This document shows, one piece after another, positions 62,258-64,000 of a stretch of 64,000 nt of DNA (within the stretch, counting starts at the first letter, position 1; each line of letters starts with the position of its first letter). The position numbers and the translations under genes are program-made. The notes under the pieces were generated by a model, which was not told where the DNA came from, made no database searches, and saw only the letters and a list, made by a program, of their open reading frames with translations. This DNA comes from an uncultured delta proteobacterium (lineage in GTDB: Bacteria > Myxococcota_A > Polyangia > Fen-1088). Where the stretch lies: NCBI GenBank assembly GCA_963737265.1, contig CAVTRY010000011.1:608001-672000 (forward strand). The letters run 5' to 3'.

Positions 62258-62875
62258 ATGTCGAAACTGACGGTCACGTCCTTTGTGAGCCTGGATGGCG
62301 TCATGCAAGCGCCCGGCGCGCCCAAGGAAGACCCGAGCGGTGGTTTCGCGCACGGCGGTTGGTTGGTGCCCTTCGCCGACGCCGACATGGGCGCCTTCAT
62401 GGTCGGAGTATTCGCGCGCGCCGATGCATTCCTGCTCGGCCGCGGAACGTACCAGATCTTCGCGTCGCACTGGCCACGGGTCTCCGACACGAACGATCCT
62501 ATCGCCCTGGCCTTGAACGGATTGCCCAAATACGTGGCCTCGAAGACCCTGGCCAAGGTCGACTGGAACAACGCCTCGCCGGTGCGGAACATCGTTGAGG
62601 ATCTCGGCGCCATCAAGAGCCGCCACGCCCGCGAGCTGCAAGTGCATGGCAGCCCTGGCCTCATTCAAACCTTGATCCGTCACGAGCTGGTCGACGAATT
62701 CAACCTGCTCACTTTTCCCGTCGTGCTGGGCACGGGAAAGCGCTTGTTTGGCCCAGGCTCCATTCCCGCCGCGCTCAAGCTCGCGAGTTCCCGCACGAGC
62801 AGTACAGGCGTCGTCATTTCCACCTACGCCCGCGCGGGGCGCCCCAGCTACGGCTCGTTCGCGCTCGACGCTTGA
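62258..62875 (+). CDS. Dihydrofolate reductase/RibD C-terminal domain protein
   Basis: FVSLDGVMQAPG, LLGRGTY, KYVAS, VHGS, LVDE, PVVLGTGKRLF. Confidence 0.92.
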   Translation: MSKLTVTSFVSLDGVMQAPGAPKEDPSGGFAHGGWLVPFADADMGAFMVGVFARADAFLLGRGTYQIFASHWPRVSDTNDPIALALNGLPKYVASKTLAKVDWNNASPVRNIVEDLGAIKSRHARELQVHGSPGLIQTLIRHELVDEFNLLTFPVVLGTGKRLFGPGSIPAALKLASSRTSSTGVVISTYARAGRPSYGSFALDA

Positions 62876-63115
62876 GGTGACCAAAGTCGTGCGAAGGAAT
62901 CGACAATCAGTTGTGAGATGAGGGCACCAGTAAACCCGTTTAGTTGGTAGGTTTCTCGGATACCTTCGCCGGTGCCGGGCAGCGGAAGTCGTTTTTGCGG
63001 TATACGTCTTTTCGGTCCCCGAGGGACCTGGCGAGGCTCGAAGGCGAGAAGTAAGGAGTCCCCGTCACGAGCTGGTCGATGCTCGCCGGCTGAGACATGG
63101 TCGTAATACTGGCCA

Positions 63116-63754
63116 TTAGTCCGCTTCGATGCCAACGCGCAATCCGAGGGTAAGAATCGCTTGCCGAAGAGTATCGTCGGCCGAAAGACGACCACTCCGC
63201 CGGGTGCCGCGAAGCGCTGAACCAGCGCGGTCACCGAACAGGACAAGCGCCTTATCCTGGTCGCGCTTGCAGGATATCCAGAGCAGACCGTCCACCTTAT
63301 GATACTGCCGATGCAGAGCTTGTGCCCACAGTGCGGTGTTTAAGTAGTCGGTGGGCGGACTCTCGATCAGCTCGTCCTTCGGGATCTTGAGAAGATGAAG
63401 ACGATCGGTCGTCAAGTCGATGAGCTTCAGGTCACGGTCTGGTATTACCACTCCATGGGACCGATCGCCGAATTCGTCCAAATCTACGAACTTGTCTGGC
63501 GCATCGATTGGTACGTTGTGGAAGATGGTCTCGAAGATAGCTCCCTCAAGCGACGAGCCACCGTAGAGATAGGGCACTGGCTTGCCGGAAGAGTCATGAA
63601 TCGGAGCGAAGCGGGTCGGCTTAGTCGGTGCAGCGGCGAGGTTGAAGCTTTGTGGCTCGAAGTCGGTATGGTGAATCGTGTGGATCTCGGTGCCGGCTGG
63701 CCAGCCATAGACATTGGCAACGAGCGACTTTCCCGGCGGGAGACGGCAGGTCAA
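63116..63754 (-). CDS. RES domain toxin (NAD+ phosphorylase-like)
   Basis: TTG start overlapping the antitoxin stop; RFAP, LYGG, FETIFHNVP, WAQALH, DGLLWIS, LVLFGDR. Confidence 0.85.
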   Translation of the reverse strand: MTCRLPPGKSLVANVYGWPAGTEIHTIHHTDFEPQSFNLAAAPTKPTRFAPIHDSSGKPVPYLYGGSSLEGAIFETIFHNVPIDAPDKFVDLDEFGDRSHGVVIPDRDLKLIDLTTDRLHLLKIPKDELIESPPTDYLNTALWAQALHRQYHKVDGLLWISCKRDQDKALVLFGDRAGSALRGTRRSGRLSADDTLRQAILTLGLRVGIEAD

Positions 63755-64000
63755 GCCGCGCTCCCTCCGGCATCTCGGCGGGCCGCCTCGATCACGTCTT
63801 TGGGCGACGAGGTCAACAAATCCACGGGGCGTGCCTGGTTCGGAAGCCAACCGTTGTTCGACGTGAACCATAGCGCCAACTTCCACGGAGACTTCCGTTC
63901 GCCGAACGCTTCGATGATCTCCCGCACAGCCTTGATCGGGCGGTGGTCCTCGAACTGAAACAGGGGAAAGACCTCGTGTTGTCCCTTCTTGGCATCGCGA
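63751..64000 (-). CDS. Xre/MbcA/ParS-type antitoxin, C-terminal part (5' end outside window)
   Basis: Not in the ORF track. Reads FPLFQF..SPWKLALWFTSNNGWLPNQARPVDLL..VIEAAR*; coupled to the RES gene. Confidence 0.85.
   Translation of the reverse strand, partial: RDAKKGQHEVFPLFQFEDHRPIKAVREIIEAFGERKSPWKLALWFTSNNGWLPNQARPVDLLTSSPKDVIEAARRDAGGSAA

Overview
High-GC bacterial chromosome segment. The Gly-rich 'DAG' lipoproteins, FHA/PP2C/Ser-Thr kinase genes and WWFW-tail protein suggest a myxobacterium (Myxococcota, Polyangia-like); this is an inference. Positions 1-37 kb are mostly core genes: gap, folD, bamA, lolD/lolC, lysS, prfB with its programmed +1 frameshift, phoBR-pstSCAB-phoU, a phospho-Thr signalling trio, terC, recJ, secF-secD-yajC and epmA-efp. 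Two insertions interrupt this block: a 64-aa acidic gene inside the pst operon, and a radical SAM/SPASM plus Gly/Tyr-repeat peptide module bounded by 53-bp direct repeats. Positions 37-55.8 kb encode surface and polysaccharide proteins (expansin-like, two sulfatase-fold proteins, a shortened GH106-like protein, GH9-CBM3) and a KamA radical SAM enzyme. Positions 55.5-64 kb form an accessory hotspot. It holds four related IS91/ISCR-like right ends (oriIS-like) and a 641/643-bp direct duplication of the GH9 3' end plus one of those ends. The duplication brackets a two-gene cassette (TerB-like protein and a stand-alone BrxL-type Lon ATPase/protease with an intact Ser-Lys dyad), the best candidate for an undescribed defence system. 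Truncated genes and a RES/Xre toxin-antitoxin pair follow. Several single-indel frameshifts, including one in secD, suggest assembly errors. I recognised no rRNA, tRNA or CRISPR array. All family assignments come from motif recognition by eye, not database searches.
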